Assembly: GCA_905188025.1 (NCBI GenBank)
Contig: CAJJKI010000003.1
Location: 1,767-65,766, forward strand
Length of the DNA: 64,000 bases
Origin: an uncultured Eubacteriales bacterium
GTDB lineage: Bacteria > Bacillota_I > Bacilli_A > RF39 > UBA660
Direction of reading: 5' to 3'
Part shown: positions 9,679 to 18,319 of the stretch, piece after piece
Layout of the letters: the number at the start of each line of letters is the position of its first letter
How positions within the stretch are numbered: the stretch's first letter is position 1
Notes under the pieces: generated by a model
What the model was told of the DNA's origin: nothing
Database searches by the model: none
Seen by the model: only the letters and a program-made list of their open reading frames with translations
Program-made: the position numbers and the translations under genes

Positions 9679-10242
9679 GTGAAGTTAGTGAAAGGTAGAT
9701 TCATAGTGGTATCTGGGCCTTCAGGAGTGGGAAAGGGTACTATTTGTAAGAGAGTGATTGATGAACTCGGGGCGGAATATTCAGTTTCTTATACAACAAG
9801 GGAGCCAAGAGTTGGTGAAATAGATGGAGTTAACTATAATTTTATATCAAGAGAAGAATTTGAGAGAAAGATAGCTGAAGGAGATTTCTTGGAATATAAT
9901 ATTTATAATGGCAACTATTATGGAACAGGCAAGTCTAAGATATTAGAAAAACTTGATGAAGGAATTAATGTGATATTGGAAATCGATGTTAATGGTGGAA
10001 GGAATGTTAAGAAGATATGTCCTGATGCATTGCTTATATATATAGCTCCTCCTTCAATGGAAGAATTAAGAAAGAGACTTATTGATAGGGGAACTGAAGA
10101 TATGGAAAAAATTAACAACAGGTTAAAGATAGCTCAAGATGAGATGAAGGAAGTTAGTAACTATGATTATATAGTTGTTAATGATGATTTAGATAAGGCT
10201 GTTTTAAAAGTAGAAAGAATTATAAAGGGGGAGAAAAATTAA
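9679..10242 (+). CDS. gmk: Guanylate kinase
   Basis: GPSGVGKGT P-loop, SYTTREPRVGE.DGVNY. The start is GTG at 9679 or GTG at 9688 (after AGAGGTGA). Confidence 0.9.
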   Translation: MKLVKGRFIVVSGPSGVGKGTICKRVIDELGAEYSVSYTTREPRVGEIDGVNYNFISREEFERKIAEGDFLEYNIYNGNYYGTGKSKILEKLDEGINVILEIDVNGGRNVKKICPDALLIYIAPPSMEELRKRLIDRGTEDMEKINNRLKIAQDEMKEVSNYDYIVVNDDLDKAVLKVERIIKGEKN

Positions 10243-10394
10243 TATAATGAAATAAAAAATGGAAAAAGTAATTTTAATGATAAGATTTGTTTATGATAAG
10301 ATGATTATTAGTGAAGAGATTATGAGCTTGCGAATTTCATTATTTGGGTTGCTTTTTATTTTTCTTGTAGTATAATTTTGATAGGAGTGATATT

Positions 10395-11126
10395 ATGAAA
10401 AAGAAAATATTTATAGGAATAGGAATATTTGTTGGAATTATATTGATTTTGATAGGAGTTTTAGTTGGAAAAGATTTGAAACAAGAGAGTAATTTAAAGA
10501 AAGAATTGAATGAAATAAGTGAAATGGTAAGTGATCCAGATGGAGACTTTAAAGAAATTTCTAGAAGGCTTAACACTACAGTTACTACTGGAGATTATCA
10601 AAAGATAGAGAAAGCTGCTAAGAAATATTTTACGGATATATTAGATGATTTGATTGATCTAGTTACTGTACTTAATGATGAGAGAATTACAAATATTTTA
10701 ACAGTAGATAATTATGTAAATGATGGAAAAGAATTTTTAACTACTAGAAAATATATTAAAGATACTAAAGAAAAGTTAATTACTGGTAGAGATAGTTATT
10801 ATGAATTATTTACTGAAGAGAAAGTAATGACTTATCTAGATGGATTAACAATAGATGACTACTATAGAGATTTTTATAGAAATGAAATAATTGGGGATAT
10901 TGAGAACGAAAAGAATGATAAGACAGTAGAGAAAGCTATTAATCAAATTATTGATATGTTAGATGATAGTGAGAAGATTATTAATTTCTTAGTAGAGAAT
11001 AAGAATGCTTGGGAAGTAGAAGGAGACACTATTGTATTTGATACTAATGAATTAGTGGATCAGTATAATAATTTGTTACTTGAAGCTGATTTTATTGATG
11101 GAAAAGATTTAACATTTAGTAAATAA
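10395..11126 (+). CDS. Membrane-anchored hypothetical protein
   Basis: 243 aa. N-terminal TM segment IFIGIGIFVGIILILIGVLVG, then an acidic helical ectodomain. SD TAGGAG. No family recognised. Confidence 0.5.
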   Translation: MKKKIFIGIGIFVGIILILIGVLVGKDLKQESNLKKELNEISEMVSDPDGDFKEISRRLNTTVTTGDYQKIEKAAKKYFTDILDDLIDLVTVLNDERITNILTVDNYVNDGKEFLTTRKYIKDTKEKLITGRDSYYELFTEEKVMTYLDGLTIDDYYRDFYRNEIIGDIENEKNDKTVEKAINQIIDMLDDSEKIINFLVENKNAWEVEGDTIVFDTNELVDQYNNLLLEADFIDGKDLTFSK

Positions 11127-11183
11127 TGAAGTGTAATATTAACTAGTTGTGTAGTAATTAAAGAATAACGATATTTAATTAAT

Positions 11184-11230
11184 AGAAAAAGGCTATATAT
11201 CTTAAATGGATTAGGATATATAGTCTTTTA
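11184..11230. terminator. Bidirectional terminator between convergent genes
   Basis: Stem GGCTATATATC / GATATATAGTC with A-run upstream and T-run downstream. Confidence 0.55.
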
Positions 11231-11232
11231 AT

Positions 11233-12327
11233 TTACATATAGTTTTTTTTTATTAATTCAATTAGATCTTTAGCTGAATGAGAATTTATGTATTTTTCTT
11301 GATTAGTGATTAGTTCCTTACAAAGAGAAGGATTATCTATTAGGCTAGTTAGATTGCTGATTATTTCTTCAGGTGTTTGGCATGATAGGGTCATTTTTCT
11401 TGTAGAGAAAAAATTAGTGTTATAGGTCTCAATACCAGGAATAGGAAAGATATGAAGAAGAGGCTTACGTAGAGAAGTTATTTCAGTAGTTGATAGACCA
11501 CCAGGTTTGGAAAGAACAATGTCTGATGAATAGATTAAATCATTTATATTATTAACGAATCCTAATGGAATGAGATTTGGGGATGGGATGGTTTTTAGCT
11601 CTTCAAGAAGTTTATTGTTGGTGCCACATACTACTAATACTTTTATATTAGGAAGGGCAAGAATGTCTTTAATAATGTTAGTTATTTTACCAAAACCCAT
11701 GCTGCCTAACATAACTAGAATAACTTTTTCATCTTTGGTGATAGATAAGTCTTCTCTAATATTTTTGGCATTTTTGATAAAATTTGTGGATACGGGGATG
11801 CCTGATGAGTACAAGACGTCTTTGTTAATTCCTTTGGCAATAAAACGATCTTCTAGGTCTTTTTGAATGATGAGATAATCAGGAGTAGTTTCTTCAAAGA
11901 AAGGGCATGGTTCATAGTCAGTAGCTACAGTTATAAAGTTAACTTTGGGATGATTTTTACTTTTGTTAATAGCTGTTAGAGTTAGGGAAGGGAACAAGTG
12001 AGTAGTGATGACTAGATCATAATTATTAGTAGTTATGTAATCATATAGTTTCTTTTTATGGAGTTTATTTACAAGATATACTGGACTAGTTACTTTGGTT
12101 TTGCTATATAGTTCTCCTAGTTTATAGACATTTTTGAATACTTCACCAGAGCCTCCTAGTGTTGAGAGATATATTTTTGATGATAGTTCTTTAGCGTTAG
12201 TATTTACAATGTCATAGAAATCTTGATAGGTGGCTTCAATATTGTTAGAGGTTAGTTCTTCAAGGATATAACGGGCACATGAATTATGGCCTCCTCCGGT
12301 GCTACATGATAATATTAATACTTTCAT
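11233..12327 (-). CDS. Diacylglycerol glycosyltransferase (MGDG synthase / UgtP-like, GT28)
   Basis: 364 aa. N-terminus MKVLILSCSTGGGHNSCARYI is typical of the MGDG_synth domain, with a GT-B C-terminal half. Start overlaps the stop of the upstream acyltransferase. Confidence 0.8.
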   Translation of the reverse strand: MKVLILSCSTGGGHNSCARYILEELTSNNIEATYQDFYDIVNTNAKELSSKIYLSTLGGSGEVFKNVYKLGELYSKTKVTSPVYLVNKLHKKKLYDYITTNNYDLVITTHLFPSLTLTAINKSKNHPKVNFITVATDYEPCPFFEETTPDYLIIQKDLEDRFIAKGINKDVLYSSGIPVSTNFIKNAKNIREDLSITKDEKVILVMLGSMGFGKITNIIKDILALPNIKVLVVCGTNNKLLEELKTIPSPNLIPLGFVNNINDLIYSSDIVLSKPGGLSTTEITSLRKPLLHIFPIPGIETYNTNFFSTRKMTLSCQTPEEIISNLTSLIDNPSLCKELITNQEKYINSHSAKDLIELIKKNYM

Positions 12328-13064
12328 TATTTGACTCCTTTCATAGCTTGATAAGTACGGTTTTTTAGGTCTTCAATACGAAGAGAATATTCTAAATCTT
12401 GATTTGGATATATAGGATCAAGAATGATGGCATGAATACATTTATTTCTTTTATATAATTTATATATTCCTTTAGGGTTAGATAAGATAAACTTTACTGG
12501 TTGAATGGGTACATTAGCTATAACGGCCATTTTAAAGGCACCATATTTGAATGTTCTTATATCTTCATAGTAGGGCCACATTGAACCTTCTGGGTACATT
12601 TGAATTATTTTTTTATTATTTAGAGATTCATTTATTTCTTTATAGAATTTAGTTTTTTGATTTGGTTTAGTAGTGATAGGAATAGCATAGAGTAGTCTTA
12701 TTAAGTGGCGAATAAAAGGAATTTTGAAATTACTTTGAAGAGTTGGATAGTAAACACGATGTGGATAATAGATAAGACCTATCATGGTACAATCCATAGG
12801 ATGAAGATGATTAGATATAGATACAAAGCCAGTATTTTTAAGAATTTTTTCTTTATTTATTATTTTATATCCAAAGAGAAGCTTGTTAATTACTATTAGA
12901 AGTAATCCTATGGGGATATAGATAATATTTGATATAAGTGTAAATAGATAGTTAGTGGGAATATACTTATAGTTATCTTTTAGGGTAAAATTAAGGGGCT
13001 CCCATAAATGATAGATATGGGCGTCCTCTTGAATATTTGAATTTTTATAGTTGTACTGCTTCAT
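12327..13064 (-). CDS. Lysophospholipid (1-acylglycerol-3-phosphate-type) acyltransferase, PlsC family
   Basis: HX4D motif NHLHPMD and PEGS motif, with an N-terminal TM segment. Forms an operon with the glycosyltransferase. Confidence 0.75.
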   Translation of the reverse strand: MKQYNYKNSNIQEDAHIYHLWEPLNFTLKDNYKYIPTNYLFTLISNIIYIPIGLLLIVINKLLFGYKIINKEKILKNTGFVSISNHLHPMDCTMIGLIYYPHRVYYPTLQSNFKIPFIRHLIRLLYAIPITTKPNQKTKFYKEINESLNNKKIIQMYPEGSMWPYYEDIRTFKYGAFKMAVIANVPIQPVKFILSNPKGIYKLYKRNKCIHAIILDPIYPNQDLEYSLRIEDLKNRTYQAMKGVK

Positions 13065-13309
13065 AATAACTCCTCATTAAGAATAAACTTAATTTTATTA
13101 ATATGGTGATTATATCATAGATAGAGAAGTTTGGCAATCTAGTAAGAGAATGGTGTTGGATAAGATAGAGAATACTATTAGTTAATTTTTTTTGAGGGGA
13201 GTATTTTATGGGGATAGATTATTTTTATTTTTATATTTTTTTATGTGTAAAGTGATATTAAATAATTGTAGATAGATAATTCTTTTGTTATAATGAAAAT
13301 AATAAAGAA

Positions 13310-14554
13310 GTGAAGTATATGAGTAGTAAAGAAAAAAGAGAATTAAAGAAAAAGAATAGAATTATATTTTGTATGATATGTCTATGTATAATTATAGGGA
13401 TAGTAATATATTTAATTATTAATATGATTATAGGAAGAAATTTAAAGATAGATAATAGTTTGATAGCAGGATTAGATATTCAAGATAATGATATTTATAT
13501 GATTAAAGATAGTAGAATATTTAAAGGGAAGAATCCAGATAATTATATTATATATAAAGGAATAGAATATAGAATTATTAGAATTAATAGAGATGGATCA
13601 TTAGAGATAGTTAGTAATGAAAAGATTAATATGCTAAAGAATAAGAATGATGATGTGAGAAAATATTTGAATGATATATATATTGATATGATAGGATATA
13701 ATGATTTGATAAAGAATTCTTATTGTGAAGATATAATTAAAGATAATGAGATAGATAATTGTAGTAAGATAAATATAGATGACTATGTGAGAATGCCTAG
13801 TATTGAAGATATAGTTAATTCAATGGATGGGGATGAGAGTTATCTATTAGATGGAGATAGTTATTGGATAAATAATTTTAGTAATGAGAAGAATTTTGTT
13901 ATGAATAATAAAAAGATTAGTCTTAGTGATGAAGATAAATTATATGGAGTTAGACCAGTAATTAGATTAGATAAAAATAAGATTAATATTAGTATGGGGA
14001 ATGGTAGTAAAGATAATCCTTATATAATAGGTAATGATAGTGAGATAGAAGTAGGAGATTATATCAAGATAGATAAAGATATATGGAGAGTATTTGATAT
14101 AGATAAGAAAGAGATAGGTTTAGTTAAAAATAAGGGACTAACTTCTATTAGAATGTTTGGTAATAGTGATAAGTTTGTTATTAATGATAAGAATAGTGTA
14201 GGATATTATTTAAATACTAGTTATTTAGATAGTTTATCATATAAAGGTAAAATTAATAATCATAAATGGATGATAGGAGAATATAAAGATAGTTATAAAG
14301 ATATAAATAGTGATAGTATTAAGGCTAAAGTAGGTATGATTAGTATTAATGATATTAAATTTAATGATCTAAATGGTTATTATTTAATTAATGGTAATGG
14401 AGAGGGAGAAGTATATTTATATGGTAGTAGTAAAGATACTTCTAAGAGTAATCTAGCTAGAAAGATTATACCAACAATATATGTTGATAAGTATAAAGTT
14501 AATAGTGGAGATGGTACTAAGAGTAATCCTTATATATTGGAGGGATTAGAATGA
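13310..14554 (+). CDS. Membrane-anchored extracellular protein, family not recognised
   Basis: 414 aa. TM segment IIFCMICLCIIIGIVIYLIINMII. Two copies of a (D/S)NPYI(I/L) motif and a GVRPVIRL motif. The stop overlaps the next start (ATGA). The start may be the ATG at 13319. Confidence 0.5.
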   Translation: MKYMSSKEKRELKKKNRIIFCMICLCIIIGIVIYLIINMIIGRNLKIDNSLIAGLDIQDNDIYMIKDSRIFKGKNPDNYIIYKGIEYRIIRINRDGSLEIVSNEKINMLKNKNDDVRKYLNDIYIDMIGYNDLIKNSYCEDIIKDNEIDNCSKINIDDYVRMPSIEDIVNSMDGDESYLLDGDSYWINNFSNEKNFVMNNKKISLSDEDKLYGVRPVIRLDKNKINISMGNGSKDNPYIIGNDSEIEVGDYIKIDKDIWRVFDIDKKEIGLVKNKGLTSIRMFGNSDKFVINDKNSVGYYLNTSYLDSLSYKGKINNHKWMIGEYKDSYKDINSDSIKAKVGMISINDIKFNDLNGYYLINGNGEGEVYLYGSSKDTSKSNLARKIIPTIYVDKYKVNSGDGTKSNPYILEGLE

Positions 14555-15543
14555 GAAAGTTAACTGTTATTAGTGCTATTACTACTTCTATAGTTATAGT
14601 GATAGGAATATTATTAGTTGTATTTGAAAAGGGAGTAATTAGTTATTTAGTTAATAATAATCATATGATGATAGCTTCAATGATATATACTTCTAGTAAA
14701 GTAGAAGATAAGATTATTGAGAGGGATTATGTAGATATCAACAGTTCTGTTGATAAGAAGATATTTAGTAGTGATACTATTAATAATGATAATAGTGATA
14801 ATGAATATGATCAAGAAATATTAACTAAAAATGATGGAGAAGATTATAAAGTTATTAATTTAGAGATTGATGGATTTAAGAGTTATTTAGTAGCAATATA
14901 TGATGCTTCTAAGGTTAAATTAGTTAGTTCAAAAGCATTTAATAAGAATAATACTGGTCAACAAACAGTTAAAGAGATTTGTAAAAGATATGGAGCTTCT
15001 GTATGTATTAATGGTGGAGGATTTGTTGACTGGGGAACTGGTTCAGATATTCCTCAAGGCTGTGTTATTGAAGATGGAAAGATTACTTGGGATAGTAAAG
15101 ATAGTCGTGGATTAATTGGATTTGATACTAATGATAAATTGGTTCTTGTTAATGATACTTGTCAAGGAGCGCTTGATATTGGAGTAAGAGATGCTTTAGA
15201 ATTTGGGCCTTTCTTAATACAAGAAGGAAATATTTTAGTTGATGAAGATACTACTGTTGGAGGATTTTTAGGGGCTGCAAGAGTTGCTATTGCCCAAAGA
15301 AGAGATGGAATAGTATTATTCTTAGTAACTGAAGGAAGACACGCTAAAGGTCCTACGGTTTATCAAATAGCTAAAGTATTAAAACAATATGGAGCTTATA
15401 CTGCTGGTAACTTAGATGGAGGTGCTTCTAGTAGTTTAGTTATTCAAGGAAAGTTAATTAATAATCCATTAAATATATATGGACAACCTGTTAATGGAGG
15501 AAATGGTAGAAGTGTAGTAACAGGATTTGGATTAGTTAAATAA
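14551..15543 (+). CDS. Phosphodiester glycosidase family protein (NAGPA/DUF2233 domain), membrane anchored
   Basis: 330 aa. N-terminal TM segment; the C-terminal part has INGGGF...GPFLI..G...NLDGGASS, typical of this family. Confidence 0.7.
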   Translation: MRKLTVISAITTSIVIVIGILLVVFEKGVISYLVNNNHMMIASMIYTSSKVEDKIIERDYVDINSSVDKKIFSSDTINNDNSDNEYDQEILTKNDGEDYKVINLEIDGFKSYLVAIYDASKVKLVSSKAFNKNNTGQQTVKEICKRYGASVCINGGGFVDWGTGSDIPQGCVIEDGKITWDSKDSRGLIGFDTNDKLVLVNDTCQGALDIGVRDALEFGPFLIQEGNILVDEDTTVGGFLGAARVAIAQRRDGIVLFLVTEGRHAKGPTVYQIAKVLKQYGAYTAGNLDGGASSSLVIQGKLINNPLNIYGQPVNGGNGRSVVTGFGLVK

Positions 15544-15574
15544 TAGAAATAGAGATAAATTTAGGTATTTAAAA

Positions 15575-15605
15575 ACGTCTTACATGTGATGCAAGGCGTT
15601 TTATT
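15575..15605 (+). terminator. Intrinsic terminator after the 14551..15543 gene
   Basis: ACGTCTTACAT-gtg-ATGCAAGGCGT (10 of 11 positions pair) followed by TTTTATT. Confidence 0.5.
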
Positions 15606-15650
15606 AAGGTTCAATAAAATTTTACTCCACACCAGATTTTATTGAACCTT
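15606..15650. terminator. Perfect 15-bp inverted repeat; likely bidirectional terminator
   Basis: AAGGTTCAATAAAAT ...15 nt loop... ATTTTATTGAACCTT followed by TATTTTTTA. Lies between convergent genes. Confidence 0.55.
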
Positions 15651-15656
15651 TATTTT

Positions 15657-16502
15657 TTATAAATGAAGAGCTTTCTTTGGACAGTTAGCAGTACATTTCA
15701 TACAAAGAATACATTCTGTACCATTAGTTCTTTTACGAGAATTATCTAACATATCAACATTCATAGGACAGTTTTTGATACATTTATGGCATGATATACA
15801 TTTATCTTTATCACATTTTATACGCATAACGGAAAAATAGCTCATTGGTTTTAAGAATACTGTGATAGGACATATATATTTGCAAAAAGCACGATTATCT
15901 TTGAAGAGATAAGCTAGTGTTATTCCTACTATGTAGTATAGAAGGTTACCTATGATGAATGATACTAGCATGATATGACTTAGGTTATCTACTTTTAAGA
16001 TAAATAATAGACTAACATAGATTAATGAAGTGAAGAAGGTTATATAACGGATAAATCCTATTTTTTTATGGGGTTCTTTTGGTACTTTATATGGTAATAA
16101 GTCTAGTACCATACCAGTCCAGCATGCATATCCACACCAGCCTCTGCCGAAGAATAGAGGGCCACATATTTTTGCTACGAGGTAATGGATGACAGCGGCT
16201 TCAAAGACTCCTAGAAATAAATAATACCAAAAGCCTTCTATTTGCATATTTTCTCCACAAATGATACCTAGATAGATTAACATGTATGAGCCTATCATGA
16301 ACTGAACAACATTTCTTGCATATTTTGCTTTATGAACGTATAGATATACTCCTAGAAATAAGCTAGTACCAATATAAGTAAAATTATAGAAATAAAATTT
16401 ATTTTTTGTAAATATTGTTAAGGATATGGCTACACTTTCAAAAATTAGCCAAATAATTAATAGTTGCCAATTGTTTTTGATCCATTGTTTTATATTTTTC
16501 AT
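15657..16502 (-). CDS. Integral-membrane 4Fe-4S polyferredoxin (NapH/YccM-like)
   Basis: 281 aa. Several TM segments, then Cys motifs CGYACWTG, CKYICP, CISCHKCIKNCP and CILCMKCTANCP. Confidence 0.7.
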   Translation of the reverse strand: MKNIKQWIKNNWQLLIIWLIFESVAISLTIFTKNKFYFYNFTYIGTSLFLGVYLYVHKAKYARNVVQFMIGSYMLIYLGIICGENMQIEGFWYYLFLGVFEAAVIHYLVAKICGPLFFGRGWCGYACWTGMVLDLLPYKVPKEPHKKIGFIRYITFFTSLIYVSLLFILKVDNLSHIMLVSFIIGNLLYYIVGITLAYLFKDNRAFCKYICPITVFLKPMSYFSVMRIKCDKDKCISCHKCIKNCPMNVDMLDNSRKRTNGTECILCMKCTANCPKKALHL

Positions 16503-16583
16503 ATGTACTCCTTTAATATTGTTTTGATATATTTATTATATATGATATTTTAGTTTATGAAAAGATTTTATATTATGAAATTT

Positions 16584-16610
16584 AAAAAATACCAAAATAA
16601 AGGGTATTTT
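16584..16610 (-). terminator. Terminator after the XRE pseudogene
   Basis: Stem AAAATACC / GGTATTTT followed on the minus strand by TTTTTT. Confidence 0.4.
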
Positions 16611-16620
16611 GTCTTGCTTA

Positions 16621-16845
16621 CTAATTTATATCATCAAAAACTTCCTTTAAAGTTATTTCTAGATTATCACAAATTCTTACAATGGTTAACAATTTAGGAT
16701 TTTTTGATTTTCCATTTATTAAATTATCAACCGTGTTTTAAGTTAGACAGGAAATACTTGCTAGTTTGTTCAAAAATATATCTTTTTCTATTAAAATATT
16801 ATTTAATTTTAATTCTATTACTTTACTTGTTTTAAATTTAATCAT
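16621..16845 (-). pseudogene. Small XRE-family HTH regulator interrupted by one in-frame TAA (codon 36)
   Basis: My translation: MIKFKTSKVIELKLNNILIEKDIFLNKLASISCLT*NTVDNLINGKSKNPKLLTIVRICDNLEITLKEVFDDIN*. The stop (complement of 16738-16740) sits inside the recognition-helix region (normally S-R/K-N-T-I/V). Too short on either side to appear in the ORF track. Confidence 0.65.
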
Positions 16846-16880
16846 CTAAAATAATTTTAAATTGAAGTTAAACTAAAAAA

Positions 16881-16898
16881 TCGAACTAAAAAGTTCGA
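16881..16898. promoter_or_regulatory. 18-bp palindrome TCGAACT-AAAA-AGTTCGA (operator-like) between the XRE pseudogene and the islet genes
   Basis: Perfect 7-bp arms seen directly. The core CGAAC...GTTCG equals Gram-positive LexA (Cheo box) half-sites, but with a 6-nt rather than 4-nt spacer. Confidence 0.35.
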
Positions 16899-17062
16899 CT
16901 AAATATCAATCTGGAGCCAATGTCGTAGGTATCTACAACTTTTTCCAATATACGAATGAACACATAATTAATAATTATTGATAATATATCGCACTAATTT
17001 AACTGTTAGCGTAGAATAAGTGTGGAGATTTTCTCCTAAAAAAGTTTTATAATTAAATTAAT

Positions 17063-17091
17063 TTTAAAATTATTATAAACTATGGTATAAT
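17063..17091 (+). promoter_or_regulatory. Extended -10 promoter for the four-gene islet operon
   Basis: TTTAAA -17 nt- TGgTATAAT (TATAAT at 17086-17091), 25 nt upstream of the first ATG. Confidence 0.45.
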
Positions 17092-17115
17092 AAAGATGAA
17101 ATGAGGAGTGATACT

Positions 17116-17397
17116 ATGATATCATATAATCAATTTAAAGAATTATTTAATAAATTAGAATTAGGTGCTGAAATAGAAATAAACTTTAATAATGATGAAC
17201 TGTATATGATAGTAAAGAAAGATAAAACATTTACTTTTGAAAAAAACAATGGTGGAGTAATTAATGAGTATAATAGTTTTGTAGAAACGTCACTTAAAAA
17301 TAAATGGAATGATATTAACGATATTATAATAAACTTTGCTTTTAGTGTTGTTGATGACAAAGATAAATTACAAGAGATTTATGATATTAATTTATAG
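17116..17397 (+). CDS. Hypothetical cytosolic protein (93 aa)
   Basis: The ATG at 17116 lies 7 nt after GAGGAG. The track start at 17101 overlaps that SD. No TM segments and no recognisable family. Confidence 0.45.
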   Translation: MISYNQFKELFNKLELGAEIEINFNNDELYMIVKKDKTFTFEKNNGGVINEYNSFVETSLKNKWNDINDIIINFAFSVVDDKDKLQEIYDINL

Positions 17398-17409
17398 GAG
17401 TATCAAGGC

Positions 17410-17754
17410 ATGAAAAAGAAAATAATGATTGTAATAATTACAATATTAATAATGATGACAATTACAGGATGTAGTAATTTGGAAAATAAGCCATCATTAA
17501 GTGAATTAGCAAAAATTAATGATCAAATTATTCAATATTTTCAATCAGACAATGTCGAATATGATAATTATAGTTTTAACTATGTTGATGAAAGAGCAAA
17601 AAAAGTTGTTGTTGGATTATTAGATAATACGAAAGAACAACAAGATAGATTTAAAGAATTAGTTATTGATTCAGAATATTTAGTTTTTATAAAAGCCGAT
17701 TTACTATATGATGAAGTAAATAGTAGTGATTCTAATAATATAACATTAAATTAG
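17410..17754 (+). CDS. Hypothetical lipoprotein (114 aa)
   Basis: Signal peptide with lipobox: MKKKIMIVIITILIMMTITGCSN. SD GGAG lies in the stop-overlapping junction TAGGAG. Confidence 0.55.
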   Translation: MKKKIMIVIITILIMMTITGCSNLENKPSLSELAKINDQIIQYFQSDNVEYDNYSFNYVDERAKKVVVGLLDNTKEQQDRFKELVIDSEYLVFIKADLLYDEVNSSDSNNITLN

Positions 17755-17789
17755 GAGTGTGGAGTCATGGATAATAGGGATGTGATAAA

Positions 17790-18308
17790 ATGAAAAAAAT
17801 ACCTAACTACTTTAAGGAAAATTATCCACTCATTATTTTTATAATTATAATAGGGAGTATAGCTATACTTTTTGATGCATTTGCAAGTGAAAAGACAAAG
17901 GTCTTAATGGAGAATATTTTAGCAATCGTAGTTATATTAGTTATTGTATTTTTTGCTATTTATGGAATTATATATAAATATAATAGTAGAAAAAAAATAA
18001 AACTGGTTGAAAAAAATGATTATGATACTGTTGAAAAATACTATAAAAGTTGCATATTTGATAAATTAAACAAAGACAATAAAGAATACGATTTATATGA
18101 TGCATTTGAAACAGTATGGGATAATTGTAGAGAGTTTTTGAATATGCATAAAAAATGTATTCCTAAAAATGAACTATTTTTAAAAGAAGATATTGAACAA
18201 ATTAAAAAGATAAACTCTAAAAACTTAAATAAGATTTATGAAGAAACAAACAAAGTATTAGATATAATTTATAAATATTATACTGAAGATGGAATTAGAA
18301 AAATATAG
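17790..18308 (+). CDS. Hypothetical membrane protein (172 aa, two N-terminal TM segments, cytosolic helical tail)
   Basis: TM segments LIIFIIIIGSIAILFDAF and AIVVILVIVFFAIYGIIY. Preceded by an 8-codon uORF whose stop overlaps the ATG. Confidence 0.5.
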   Translation: MKKIPNYFKENYPLIIFIIIIGSIAILFDAFASEKTKVLMENILAIVVILVIVFFAIYGIIYKYNSRKKIKLVEKNDYDTVEKYYKSCIFDKLNKDNKEYDLYDAFETVWDNCREFLNMHKKCIPKNELFLKEDIEQIKKINSKNLNKIYEETNKVLDIIYKYYTEDGIRKI

Positions 18309-18319
18309 GAGTGTGAATT

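Noticed and set aside
10259-10375. 38-codon ORF (MEKVILMIRFVYDKMIISEEIMSLRISLFGLLFIFLVV) after gmk, where rpoZ might be expected
   Set aside because: It has no SD and no resemblance to the omega subunit, and it overlaps the promoter region of the next gene. It is probably noise.
16905-16925. Possible att remnant: ATCAATCTGGAGCCAATG resembles the tRNA-Gly 3' end region GTCAACATTGGAGCAGATG (19021-19039). GTCGTAG and GATTTT(T)CTCC also occur near both islet borders (16923/17025 versus 18934/18941).
   Set aside because: The matches are short, gapped and in AT-rich DNA, and no integrase is present. I therefore do not call a mobile element or att sites; I only note the islet.
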